From the NCBI GenBank assembly GCA_046330055.1, contig JAXLTM010000008.1:12182-76181 (forward strand): a stretch of 64,000 bases of DNA, given 5' to 3'. Below the pieces are notes generated by a model. It saw nothing but the letters and a program-made list of their open reading frames with translations, was not told the origin of the DNA and did no database searches. Of the stretch, positions 39,964-49,020 are shown piece after piece (the stretch's first letter is position 1; each line of letters begins with the position of its first letter). The stretch is from Bacteroidia bacterium (GTDB taxonomy: Bacteria; Bacteroidota; Bacteroidia; AKYH767-A; 2013-40CM-41-45). A program made the position numbers and the translations under genes.

Positions 39964-41345
39964 AATCGAGAAACACCATTTTCCCAATTGCAATTGGCGC
40001 TGTACTTGTTGTAGTACTGACGTTGGTATATCTGAATTTACCCAACTCTTCGAACTGGCAGAAGTTGTACAGGAATGATAAATCAGACCCCTACGATGTT
40101 CGAATGATCTATGAATTGCTTCTTGACAGTAGAAACGGCAAAGATAACCACGTCATATTCGAAGGCAACGACCATGCACTTCAGACAAGAATAGAAAAAT
40201 CCAACTACGTTTTTATCGGAGAAAGATATTTTGGAGATTCAGCAGATGCAGAACACCTTCTTCGTTTTATTGAACGGGGGAATACAGCCTTCATCGCCGT
40301 AGAGCAATGCCCGGATTTTTTAGCTGAACTTTTAGAATACACTTATACCTCAACTGACTCCACAAGTACAGAGGTTGATGATGAAGTCACCGATGAAGTT
40401 GATTCTGTTTTGACAGAAGAGTCACCTGATTCTACTGAAGACTCCGATGCGGCTCCACCTCCCTACGACACAGCAGGATTCATTCAAGCGTACCAGCCCC
40501 AAAGTTTTTTTCGTTCACTCGTTGACTCTGTAGGAGCCAGTACGCTGACTGATTCAAGCTATGCCTCTGTAATCTGCAAAGTCCAAAAAATTAATTTTCT
40601 TTATTTCCCGGAGAACTGGCAGGGAGTTGACACATCATTAGTTTACATAAAAGATGATGTCACCCTAAAAGGCAAATTGAACTATACCATTTTTAATTAC
40701 TTCGAAATAAAATATGGGAAAGGCAAAATTCTTCTGCACCTGACTCCAATTAATTTCACGAATTATTCAATCCTTTCTGAAGACAATTTTGATTACAATC
40801 GCGCCGTTTTTGCAGGACTGAATGATGGTCCAATTATTTGGGATGAGTACGATAAACAATACCGTTTCCTCGACAAAACAACCAATGAGGAAGAGTTACC
40901 GCCATCACCATTTCGTTACATCTTATCTCAGAGTAGCCTGAAGCAAGCCTGGTACCTGAGTCTTGCACTTATACTTATATATTTTGTGTTTATAGGTAAA
41001 CGAAAACAAAGAGTGATCCCCGTAATCGAACCGGTCAGAAATACGTCGCTCGAATTTGTCAAGACAGTCGGACAAGTATATTATCTTGAAAGGAATCACC
41101 GCAGTATTTGTTTGCATAAGATCCGACTCTTTTATCAGTTCATTAAACACCGCTATCACCTTTCCACTCCGGAGAATACGCAAGTATTCCGCGAAAGGCT
41201 TTCTACCATTTCAGGAATAGATATCGAACTGATCAATGAAATATTCAACGAATTCACCATCATAGAAAAAGAAATTTCCGTGGAAGACAAAAAATTTATT
41301 CACTTCCATCAATTACTCACAAGATTTTATAAAGACTGCAAATAA
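39960..41345 (+). CDS. DUF4350-like membrane protein with an acidic Ser/Thr/Asp/Glu-rich insert
   Basis: 461 aa with an N-terminal TM, an acidic linker (TSTDSTSTEVDDEVTDEVDSVLTEESPDSTEDSD), and a late TM. It occupies the position between DUF4129 and MoxR typical of this cluster type. The family name is from memory. Confidence 0.5.
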   Translation: MKSRNTIFPIAIGAVLVVVLTLVYLNLPNSSNWQKLYRNDKSDPYDVRMIYELLLDSRNGKDNHVIFEGNDHALQTRIEKSNYVFIGERYFGDSADAEHLLRFIERGNTAFIAVEQCPDFLAELLEYTYTSTDSTSTEVDDEVTDEVDSVLTEESPDSTEDSDAAPPPYDTAGFIQAYQPQSFFRSLVDSVGASTLTDSSYASVICKVQKINFLYFPENWQGVDTSLVYIKDDVTLKGKLNYTIFNYFEIKYGKGKILLHLTPINFTNYSILSEDNFDYNRAVFAGLNDGPIIWDEYDKQYRFLDKTTNEEELPPSPFRYILSQSSLKQAWYLSLALILIYFVFIGKRKQRVIPVIEPVRNTSLEFVKTVGQVYYLERNHRSICLHKIRLFYQFIKHRYHLSTPENTQVFRERLSTISGIDIELINEIFNEFTIIEKEISVEDKKFIHFHQLLTRFYKDCK

Positions 41346-41347
41346 CC

Positions 41348-42349
41348 ATGGAATCAACACCTGAAGAAAGACCGGAAAGTACTCCAAAACCGGAAAACAC
41401 TGAACTGATGATGTTCAGCGAAGACATTGTTCGTCTGAAAAACGAAATCAGAAAAGTGATTATCGGTCAGGACAAAACCATTGACTTGATGCTGGCAGGC
41501 TTCTTAAGCGGCGGACATGTATTGCTGGAGGGTGTACCCGGCATTGCAAAAACAATGATTGCAAAAACGCTGGCAAAAACCATGTCGGTCAATTTTTCGC
41601 GCATTCAATTTACGCCTGATATGATGCCGACTGATGTCACAGGTACTTCAGTTTACAACCTGCAGAAATCGGAATTCACTTTTAATAAAGGACCGATTTT
41701 CTCCAACTTCATTCTCATTGACGAGATCAATCGTGCTCCGGCAAAAACGCAGGCTGCTTTATTTGAAGTCATGGAAGAAAAGCAGATCAGCATCGACGGC
41801 ATCACTCACTTTCTTGAATTTCCGTTTTTTGTTATCGCCACACAGAATCCGATCGAACAGGAAGGTACTTACAAACTTCCGGAAGCACAGCTTGATCGTT
41901 TTATATTCAGGTTACTCATGGACTACCCCGATCTGAAGCATGAAGAAGAAATTCTGAAACGTTTTTCGGAAGACTTCAATATGAAAACCATTGATAGCGT
42001 TCAGCCGGTGTTAACCATTGCCAAACTGGCCGCTTTCCGTAAGCTTATTGAGAAAGTGCTGATTCGCGAAGAGCTCATTCAGTACATTGCCAAGATTACA
42101 CATGCCACCAGAAATCACGGCGCAATTTTCCTTGGCGCTTCACCACGTGCATCTCTTGCAATATTGAAAACAGCCAAGGCCTGTGCGGCTATGCAAGGAC
42201 GGGATTTCGTAACACCTGATGACATCAGAAAAGTTGCAGAGCCCGTTCTGAATCACCGTATCATTATTAATCCGGACAAAGAAATGGAAGGCTATACAGC
42301 CGCTGCCGTTATCCGCGAAATCACGCAAAGCATCGAAGTGCCTCGTTAA
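41348..42349 (+). CDS. MoxR-family AAA+ ATPase
   Basis: 333 aa. Walker A GVPGIAKT, Walker B ILIDEINRA, and the MoxR-type motif ATQNPIEQEGTYKLPEAQLDRF. Confidence 0.9.
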   Translation: MESTPEERPESTPKPENTELMMFSEDIVRLKNEIRKVIIGQDKTIDLMLAGFLSGGHVLLEGVPGIAKTMIAKTLAKTMSVNFSRIQFTPDMMPTDVTGTSVYNLQKSEFTFNKGPIFSNFILIDEINRAPAKTQAALFEVMEEKQISIDGITHFLEFPFFVIATQNPIEQEGTYKLPEAQLDRFIFRLLMDYPDLKHEEEILKRFSEDFNMKTIDSVQPVLTIAKLAAFRKLIEKVLIREELIQYIAKITHATRNHGAIFLGASPRASLAILKTAKACAAMQGRDFVTPDDIRKVAEPVLNHRIIINPDKEMEGYTAAAVIREITQSIEVPR

Positions 42350-43680
42350 TGCAGAAGATCAGAGAAATATTTCTTCCGGTTCGCTTCTTTCTCGCAGGGG
42401 CAATGATCTGCTTTGTCTTTATCAGCGGATTCTTCTTCCCTGTGATGATTTCCGTAGCACAATTCTTACTGATGCTGCTGCTTGGAATTGTCGTCGCAGA
42501 AAGCATCTTTCTGTTCAGAAGTGTTGAACCTGTTCATGCAGAACGGACTTCACCGGCAATAATGAATCTGAGCGATGAAAATTCATTTACAATTACCGTT
42601 CAGAGCAGAATGAAAACGAAAGCTGAAATTACGATGATCGACGAACTGCCGGATCAGTTTCAGCGAAGAAATTTCTCCTATGATTTTACTCTGAAACCCG
42701 GCGAAGAAAAAAAGTTCACGTACACCCTTCGCCCGGTAACCCGAGGTGTGTATGCATTTGGAAAAATCCACTTCTTTGTCTCCATTTTTTCAGGAATGGT
42801 TCAACGAAGATACAGTGTGAATGAATCTGAAAACGTTGCCGTTTACCCTTCTATTCTTCAAATGAAGAATATGGAGCTAAAAGCTTTCTCACGCATTTCA
42901 CTTCAGAGCGGAATCAAACGCCTTCGCCGGATTGGCCACAGTTATGAATTCGAACAAATCAAAAATTACGTGGCAGGAGACGACATTCGGAGCATAAACT
43001 GGAAAGCAACAGGAAGAAGAGCTGCACTGATGTCGAATCAATATGAAGACGAAAAATCCCAGCAGGTATATTTCATCCTCGACAAAAGCCGCAGCATGGG
43101 ATTACCATTTAATGATCTTAGTCTGCTCGATTATTCCATCAACACTTCCCTGGTGATGGCAAACATTGCGCTTCGAAAAGGCGACAAAGCAGGATTAATA
43201 TCCTTCGGTTCAAAAATTGAAACACTGCAGAAAGCGGACCGCACACACAGTCAGTTACGCCGCATTTTACAGTTGCTCTATAAAGAAAAAGAGCATCACG
43301 GTGAAGCGAATTACGAAATTCTTTATTCGGCAGTACGCAATGTTGTACGCATCCGAAGCATGATTATTCTCTTCACGAATTTCGAAAGCACCTATGCTAT
43401 GGAACGCGCCATGCCGGTTCTCAGGAAAATCAACCGTTTTCATTTACTCGTTGTCGTTATATTTAAAAATACGGAAATCGAAAACTTTGCCGCCCGACCG
43501 GCTCATTCCATCAGCGATATATACTTACAGACCATCGCCGGCAAATACAACTCCGATAAAGAACACATGGCTACACAGATGCAACTCTACGGCATCCAAA
43601 CCATCTACACCGAACCCGAACATCTCTCGGTAAATGTACTCAACAAGTATCTGGAGTTGAAGGCGAGGGGGATGATTTGA
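42349..43680 (+). CDS. DUF58-domain protein (vWA-like) with an N-terminal 2-TM anchor
   Basis: 443 aa. DUF58 signature region YVAGDDIRSINWKATGRRAALMSNQYEDEK...YFILDKSRSM. Its start overlaps the moxR stop. Confidence 0.85.
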   Translation: MQKIREIFLPVRFFLAGAMICFVFISGFFFPVMISVAQFLLMLLLGIVVAESIFLFRSVEPVHAERTSPAIMNLSDENSFTITVQSRMKTKAEITMIDELPDQFQRRNFSYDFTLKPGEEKKFTYTLRPVTRGVYAFGKIHFFVSIFSGMVQRRYSVNESENVAVYPSILQMKNMELKAFSRISLQSGIKRLRRIGHSYEFEQIKNYVAGDDIRSINWKATGRRAALMSNQYEDEKSQQVYFILDKSRSMGLPFNDLSLLDYSINTSLVMANIALRKGDKAGLISFGSKIETLQKADRTHSQLRRILQLLYKEKEHHGEANYEILYSAVRNVVRIRSMIILFTNFESTYAMERAMPVLRKINRFHLLVVVIFKNTEIENFAARPAHSISDIYLQTIAGKYNSDKEHMATQMQLYGIQTIYTEPEHLSVNVLNKYLELKARGMI

Positions 43681-43818
43681 ATTAGCTAATTGGATAATTA
43701 GCTAATTTGCCAATTAGCAATTTAGTTTTGTCGCAAGTTCATTATTCTACTAAACTACTAATCTTCTAATCTGCAATTAGCAAATCAGCTAATTGGCTAA
43801 TTGGCTAATTAGCTAATT
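43681..43818. repeat. Two (TTAGCTAA/TTGGCTAA)-type arrays (43681-43726, 43774-43818) flanking a 47-bp spacer
   Basis: Read directly. The arrays are mutually complementary because the unit is palindromic. The DUF58 TGA abuts the left array, and the msrB stop (43809-43811) lies inside the right array. Confidence 0.9.
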
Positions 43819-44189
43819 CGAAATCCCAGCGACACCGAATTCACACAATACCTCATCCCTGTCTCTGTGGGGCCGTCGTCGAAGATGTGGCCGAGATGGG
43901 AGTTGCAATTGGCGCATAGAATTTCGATGCGAATCATGCCGTGTGAAGTGTCGCGCTTTTGAATAATTTTTCCGCCGGCGATTTCCCGGTCAAATGAAGG
44001 CCAGCCGCAACCGGAATCGAATTTCATGTCGGACGTAAACAACTCTGCACCACATGCAGCACATACATATACGCCTTTCTCTTTGTGCAGATAATATTTT
44101 CCGGTGAACGGTGCTTCCGTTCCTTTCTCACGTAATACTCTGTACTCCTCAGGAGTCAGTATTTTTTTCCACTCTTCCTCTGATTTCAT
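43809..44189 (-). CDS. msrB: Peptide-methionine (R)-S-oxide reductase
   Basis: 126 aa. It has two CxxC zinc motifs (CAACGAEL, CANCNSHLGH) and RYCVNS. Confidence 0.9.
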   Translation of the reverse strand: MKSEEEWKKILTPEEYRVLREKGTEAPFTGKYYLHKEKGVYVCAACGAELFTSDMKFDSGCGWPSFDREIAGGKIIQKRDTSHGMIRIEILCANCNSHLGHIFDDGPTETGMRYCVNSVSLGFRIS

Positions 44190-44206
44190 GATGACTATGT
44201 TTTGTG

Positions 44207-44214
44207 CAAAGGTA
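44207..44214 (-). promoter_or_regulatory. Candidate -7 box TACCTTTG (minus strand) for msrB
   Basis: The reverse complement of caaaggta is an exact TAnnTTTG match, 17 nt upstream of the ATG. Confidence 0.5.
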
Positions 44215-44228
44215 AGAAGCGGAAAGTC

Positions 44229-44257
44229 AAATTAGCTAATTAGCTAATTAGCTAATC
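44229..44257. repeat. (TTAGCTAA)x3 array
   Basis: Read directly. Same unit as 5229-5255. Confidence 0.9.
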
Positions 44258-44262
44258 TAAAT

Positions 44263-44373
44263 AGAAGGAAAGGAAGAAAAATCGGCTGTCCTGAAAACGC
44301 AGGGGTGTATCGGGAATTCCGCACGAAAAATCATATTTTCATATGATTTTGCAGCTTTTTTTTGTTTACAAAA
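44263..44373. repeat. 110-bp direct repeat, copy 1 (flanks the IS982 remnant)
   Basis: Identical to 45149-45257 except for two homopolymer lengths (A5 vs A4, T8 vs T6). It contains the palindrome AAAATCATAT-TTTC-ATATGATTTT. Confidence 0.9.
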
Positions 44374-45148
44374 GGCCTGATAAGCTTCATCGGTCTTTTA
44401 GAATTCGATTTTCGTTGAATTAATATTTTAATGCCTTCTGCTTCATAAGCGTCATCCTCAATTGATAATCTGTATAACCGGCATCTCCGTAAACCTTGCT
44501 TTCTGAAGCTATGTTAAGTGGTAATTTTTTCAATCCTGCACTGTCATTTTCATTTCCCGGCACGAAACTAAATTCTACCGGAATACCATCGCTAGTGGTC
44601 AACACATGTATTTTGACTCCATAAAAGTATCGGTGCATACTTGCGTGTTTGCCTCTCCATTGCTTGCCTTGAATCAGTTTGCATCGACTAATTCGCATAT
44701 TATCACAAACCGGCACCGGAAAGGAATCTACTAAATAATCCGAAGCTCCTGCTATCATTTTCAAGTATTCCCCAACCTGAAAGAACAACATGACAATAAT
44801 GTCCTGCAGTGCATGAAGACGTCTACAAAAGCGACTCTTGTCTAACATGTTCGGGCACATTTTTGTCATTCTCATGAATTGACGGGCGTTATCCAAATGA
44901 CCACCGAAATACAAGCTGGAAACAATGGCAGTGGTGATGATCTCGCTGTCACTAACTTTTCGATTTTCGTGCTCCTTATGATGAATTCCTTTAAGCAGAT
45001 CATCGATTATACAATAAATTGATATAATTTTACCTTCCTGAAGCATTGTGCGATATTTTAGGACGTCGTAATCTCAAAAATACTCAAGCAATGCTTCTTT
45101 ATTTACTCCTTGTCTGATTTTTAATAACTAGCAACTTAGGAAAGACAA
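44374..45148 (-). mobile_element. IS982-family element remnant (transposase ORF 44420-45046, 3'-truncated)
   Basis: The 208-aa ORF has an IS982-type N-terminal and DDE region (YCIIDDLLK..., DSFPVPVC, GDAGY). A frameshifted tail (..RKSNSKRP..) runs into repeat copy 1. No matching inverted repeat was found at the truncated end. Confidence 0.65.
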
Positions 45149-45257
45149 AGAAGGAAAGGAAGAAAATCGGCTGTCCTGAAAACGCAGGGGTGTATCGGGA
45201 ATTCCGCACGAAAAATCATATTTTCATATGATTTTGCAGCTTTTTTGTTTACAAAAA
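45149..45257. repeat. 110-bp direct repeat, copy 2
   Basis: See copy 1. Confidence 0.9.
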
Positions 45258-45293
45258 TCCATCTATATTGCCGCATAAACGTGACCGCCAGAT

Positions 45294-46775
45294 GTGTTGT
45301 TTTTAAGGCGGATTCAGCTACTTAGTATACTGGTACTGTTTCCGTCGATCGCTTTTTCACAGGATATTTATTTTCCTGACAGCCTTACTACCTCCTGCAA
45401 TGAACGACTTGAATTGCTTAAAAAGCAATTTGAAGAAGATAAAAAGTCATTGAAACAAATCTCTTACAAGGATGAAAGGGAGTATGTCGAAAACAGATTT
45501 CAGTCAAGATTTGATTTTTATAAGTATTCCATCGAAGCAGGTGACTTTCTAATCAATTCTTCCTTCGAAAAATATATCCGAAATCTGATTGACATTATTG
45601 TTACTGCTAATCCTGAGTTAAAAAAAGATTATCTGGTTTTTATTTCCAGAAGCCGTGTGCCAAATGCATTTAACACCGGAAACGGGAACATTGTAGTAAA
45701 TATCGGAATTCTTGACAAAGTTGAAAACGATGCACAGATGATGTATATACTTTGTCATGAACTTTCTCACGATCACTTTAATCATGTAAATGCCTCAATT
45801 TTTATGAAGGCAAAAAAGTACATGAACAAAGAGTTCCAAAGCAAATTGAAGAAAACTCTTAAGGAAGAATATAATGTAAAGAAAAAACTAAAAGAGTTTA
45901 TCCTGCCTGAACTGTTCAATGATATGCGATTCAGTCGAAGCGATGAAACGCAAGCTGATTCAATGGGATTGATCTTTTTCAGGAAAACAGGATTCAAAGC
46001 TGCAGAAGCACTGAAGAGCATGGATATGCTTAGTAAAATCGATGAGTTTTACAGTGACAAGAAAATTGACATCAAAGAAGCAATTAATACACCCACCTTT
46101 CCATTTAAAGCGGAATGGCTGACAGGCAATCACGATTCTTCTCTTGGGACATTTGAGAAAGAAAAAAAAGATTCACTGGAGGATTCTTTAAAAACGCATC
46201 CTGATACAAAAATCAGAAGAGAACTTCTGGAAAAATTGGTGGGAAATGATTCACTCACTGCGGGGAAGCAATTCTTATCAACAAGGGAAGATTTTGATAA
46301 AGTTCATCTGACTTCTGAAGAAGAAAATATTTATTCAACATTCCTCGATCAAAATCTGGGGCGCTCGCTTTTTCTTTCCACGATTTTGTTGAATGAAAAA
46401 CCCGATGATCCTTTCGCCAGAATCATGCTAAGCTGGGGATTTAGCAGACTTGCAATGCTTATGAAAGAACATAAAATGCAATTAGAAGTTTCACTGCCTG
46501 ATATCAATTATAGTGAAACTTACAATAATTACATTGACTTCCTGAATCAACTTACATTTAGTGATGCTTCCGGAATAGGATTGGCAATGCTCCCTCCTGC
46601 TGATGACCGCTTTGTTAAGTCGGAAGAATATCAGGCAGCTAATATCACTTCCTATTTTATAAAAGGAGATAAAGGAAAAGCAGAACAATTATACAATGAT
46701 TACAAACAAAATTTTTCCAAAGGAAAATATCTCGAACATTTCAAACCATTATTTATAAAAACCACAAAAAAGTAA
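45294..46775 (+). CDS. M48-family zinc metallopeptidase, secreted
   Basis: 493 aa with a signal peptide, HELSHDHFNH (HExxH), and a downstream ETQADSMG. GTG start. Confidence 0.75.
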   Translation: MLFLRRIQLLSILVLFPSIAFSQDIYFPDSLTTSCNERLELLKKQFEEDKKSLKQISYKDEREYVENRFQSRFDFYKYSIEAGDFLINSSFEKYIRNLIDIIVTANPELKKDYLVFISRSRVPNAFNTGNGNIVVNIGILDKVENDAQMMYILCHELSHDHFNHVNASIFMKAKKYMNKEFQSKLKKTLKEEYNVKKKLKEFILPELFNDMRFSRSDETQADSMGLIFFRKTGFKAAEALKSMDMLSKIDEFYSDKKIDIKEAINTPTFPFKAEWLTGNHDSSLGTFEKEKKDSLEDSLKTHPDTKIRRELLEKLVGNDSLTAGKQFLSTREDFDKVHLTSEEENIYSTFLDQNLGRSLFLSTILLNEKPDDPFARIMLSWGFSRLAMLMKEHKMQLEVSLPDINYSETYNNYIDFLNQLTFSDASGIGLAMLPPADDRFVKSEEYQAANITSYFIKGDKGKAEQLYNDYKQNFSKGKYLEHFKPLFIKTTKK

Positions 46776-46776
46776 A

Positions 46777-48330
46777 ATGAAAAAGACCGCTGCTTTGCTA
46801 TTATTCGTTTTAATGGCTGTTGGATTTGCAAAAGCGCAAACCCAGACATTTGAAAACGTTTTAAAAATGGATCTCCGAAACAAGGGATACATTATGGAGA
46901 ACGACAATCTTGTCGGAACCTACTTGTTTTACCTTAATGAAAAAGTTGATAGAAAAACAGATTCCTATTTGCTAAAAATTCTAGACAACAATCTTTCTTT
47001 GGTAAAATCGATTGAAATCGAACGTCCACGTAAATCTTACCTATTAGAAATGGTTTTCAACGGAAAAGCATTTATGATGATGTTTTTTACCGCTAAAGGA
47101 AATCTCGATCTGGTTACCTATGACAAGAATGGAACAAAATTAGGCGAGAAAAATTTTGAAGACTTGACTCGAATGGAAAAGTACACCTATCAAATGAGTC
47201 AAACAAATGGCACTACCAACGCTACCATTTATCCAACCGGTGATGGAGGATTTGTACGCCAGGCTTACGCAAAAAATGAAAAGGACGGATATCGCATTGA
47301 AGCGTACGATAACAACCTGAATCAAATCTGGACTGCCGGTTCTGATGAAAAATCTGAAATGGTTGAAGGCGGTGATATTATTTACTCAAGCACTCAATAC
47401 ACAGGATTAAATGTGCTGAGAAAAAAGAAAAGGACAAGTAGAGAGTATGACTTATTCTTCCAACTTATTGACTCTAAAACAGGAAAACTGGTTTTCGAAA
47501 AACCTCTAAAGGATAATGGCGCTGATTTATCAATGCTGACTTGCTTTATCGATGAATAAAGTAAACAAGTAATCATCGGAGGTGAATATTTCGCTCCGGG
47601 AGAAGATCAGGGAAAAGCTAAGAGTCAGGGTATGTTCATGATGACTTTTGACTTCACAGGAACACAAAAGCAACTCAAAAAGCTTTCATGGGCGCTGGAT
47701 TTTGCGAAGATGAAGATTGATGAAGATGCCGCAAAATCTAAAAATAATATGTCAATCTACTTTCATCGTATCCTTCGTTCAAAAGATGGTAAATGGGTAG
47801 CCATTGGCGAACAGTACAAAAAACAAGTCAGCGGACTTGGCATGGCAAGTCAGATTATGAATGGCGGCAATAGTTCAACTTCCGCATTCTCCATCTTTGT
47901 TTACAATATGGTCGTTATTGAATTTGACGAACAATTCAACATCACCAACATCACGACTGTAGACAAGAAAAAATCAGAAGTAATGCTCCCTGCCGGTGCC
48001 GCCTATTACTCTTCAGCATTCCTGGCAAAATATGTTAATGCAGTCGGTGGATTTGATTACATCTTCACTTCACAAGATGCAACTAAAGACAACTATTCAA
48101 CGATTTATACTGACATGAACCGAAAAGATGATGACGGTAAAAAAGCTGACATGATGATTGGAGCCATCAATTACAAAGGAGGAAAAATCACTACTGAACG
48201 CTTCCCTTTAAATACAGAAGGCAATAGTATTTGGTTCTCCCCTGCCAAACCTGGCTATATTGCAGTGTCTGAATACTTCCGGAAGAAAAAAATGATCATC
48301 GTTCATCTGGAGAAGATTTCTTATCAGTGA
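46777..48330 (+). pseudogene. Secreted hypothetical protein (about 517 codons) interrupted by one in-frame TAA
   Basis: ORFs 46777-47559 and 47632-48330 are in the same frame. The only interruption is the TAA at 47557-47559, and codons 47560-47631 are open (SKQVIIGGEYFAPGEDQGKAKSQG). It has a signal peptide. No family was recognised. Confidence 0.6.
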
Positions 48331-48337
48331 TAAATTA

Positions 48338-48430
48338 TAAGTAAGTGGTAAGTAGTAAGTGGTAAGTGACAAACAATTATTAGCACTAAACACTTTCTAC
48401 TTACTACTCACTAATTACTAATTACTCACC
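48338..48430. repeat. Hairpin-type pair of arrays: (GTAAGTR)x4 ... (CTTACTA/CTAATTA)x4
   Basis: Read directly. The right arm ends 2 nt before the SET-gene ATG. Confidence 0.85.
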
Positions 48431-48432
48431 AA

Positions 48433-48846
48433 ATGTCCCACCTCGAAAAATACCTCGTCATCAAGAAGTCGCTCATTCCAAAAAGCGGCAAGGGACTTTT
48501 TACCAAAATCAACATTCCCAAAAAAACGATTATTGTCGAATACAAAGGTAAGCTTCAGCCATGGAAGGATGTGAAAGACGAAGACGGATACAATGGCTAC
48601 ATTTTTCAGATCAGCAACCGCTGGGCAGTGAATGCTCTGCACAACAAAAAGGATTTTGGCAGATACGCCAATGATGCCCGCGGCTTTTCCCGTGCTCCGG
48701 GGCAACGAAATAACGCACAGTATATCGTTATAGGCAGAAAAGTATATATCGCAGCAACCCGAAAAATCCATGCCGGAGGTGAAATATTTGTTGACTATGG
48801 TCGTGGGTACTGGCGACTGCTTGAAAAGTTGGGACTTCGCAAGTAG
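48433..48846 (+). CDS. SET-domain protein (putative protein-lysine methyltransferase)
   Basis: 137 aa. SET-like blocks are KGLFTKINIPKKTIIVEYKG, FGRYANDA (the NH-motif position), and GGEIFVDYG. Confidence 0.65.
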   Translation: MSHLEKYLVIKKSLIPKSGKGLFTKINIPKKTIIVEYKGKLQPWKDVKDEDGYNGYIFQISNRWAVNALHNKKDFGRYANDARGFSRAPGQRNNAQYIVIGRKVYIAATRKIHAGGEIFVDYGRGYWRLLEKLGLRK

Positions 48847-49020
48847 ACAGCGATAATTCAAAACTACATTTTGTGATCGGATTCTTTACAAAACGGATTC
48901 GCTTTTCGATTATACAATACCTTGTCAGGGTTTCGCCCTATTTCTATGCCTGTTGACATAAAACATAACTCGGCGTAATCAAAATTCTGCCTACCTTCAA
49001 ACTATAAATGCTAACCAATC

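Noticed and set aside
48418-48861. 147-aa minus-strand ORF covering the SET-domain gene
   Set aside because: It is fully antisense to a + strand ORF that carries recognisable SET motifs. It has no motifs of its own, and its ends run into the array hairpin.
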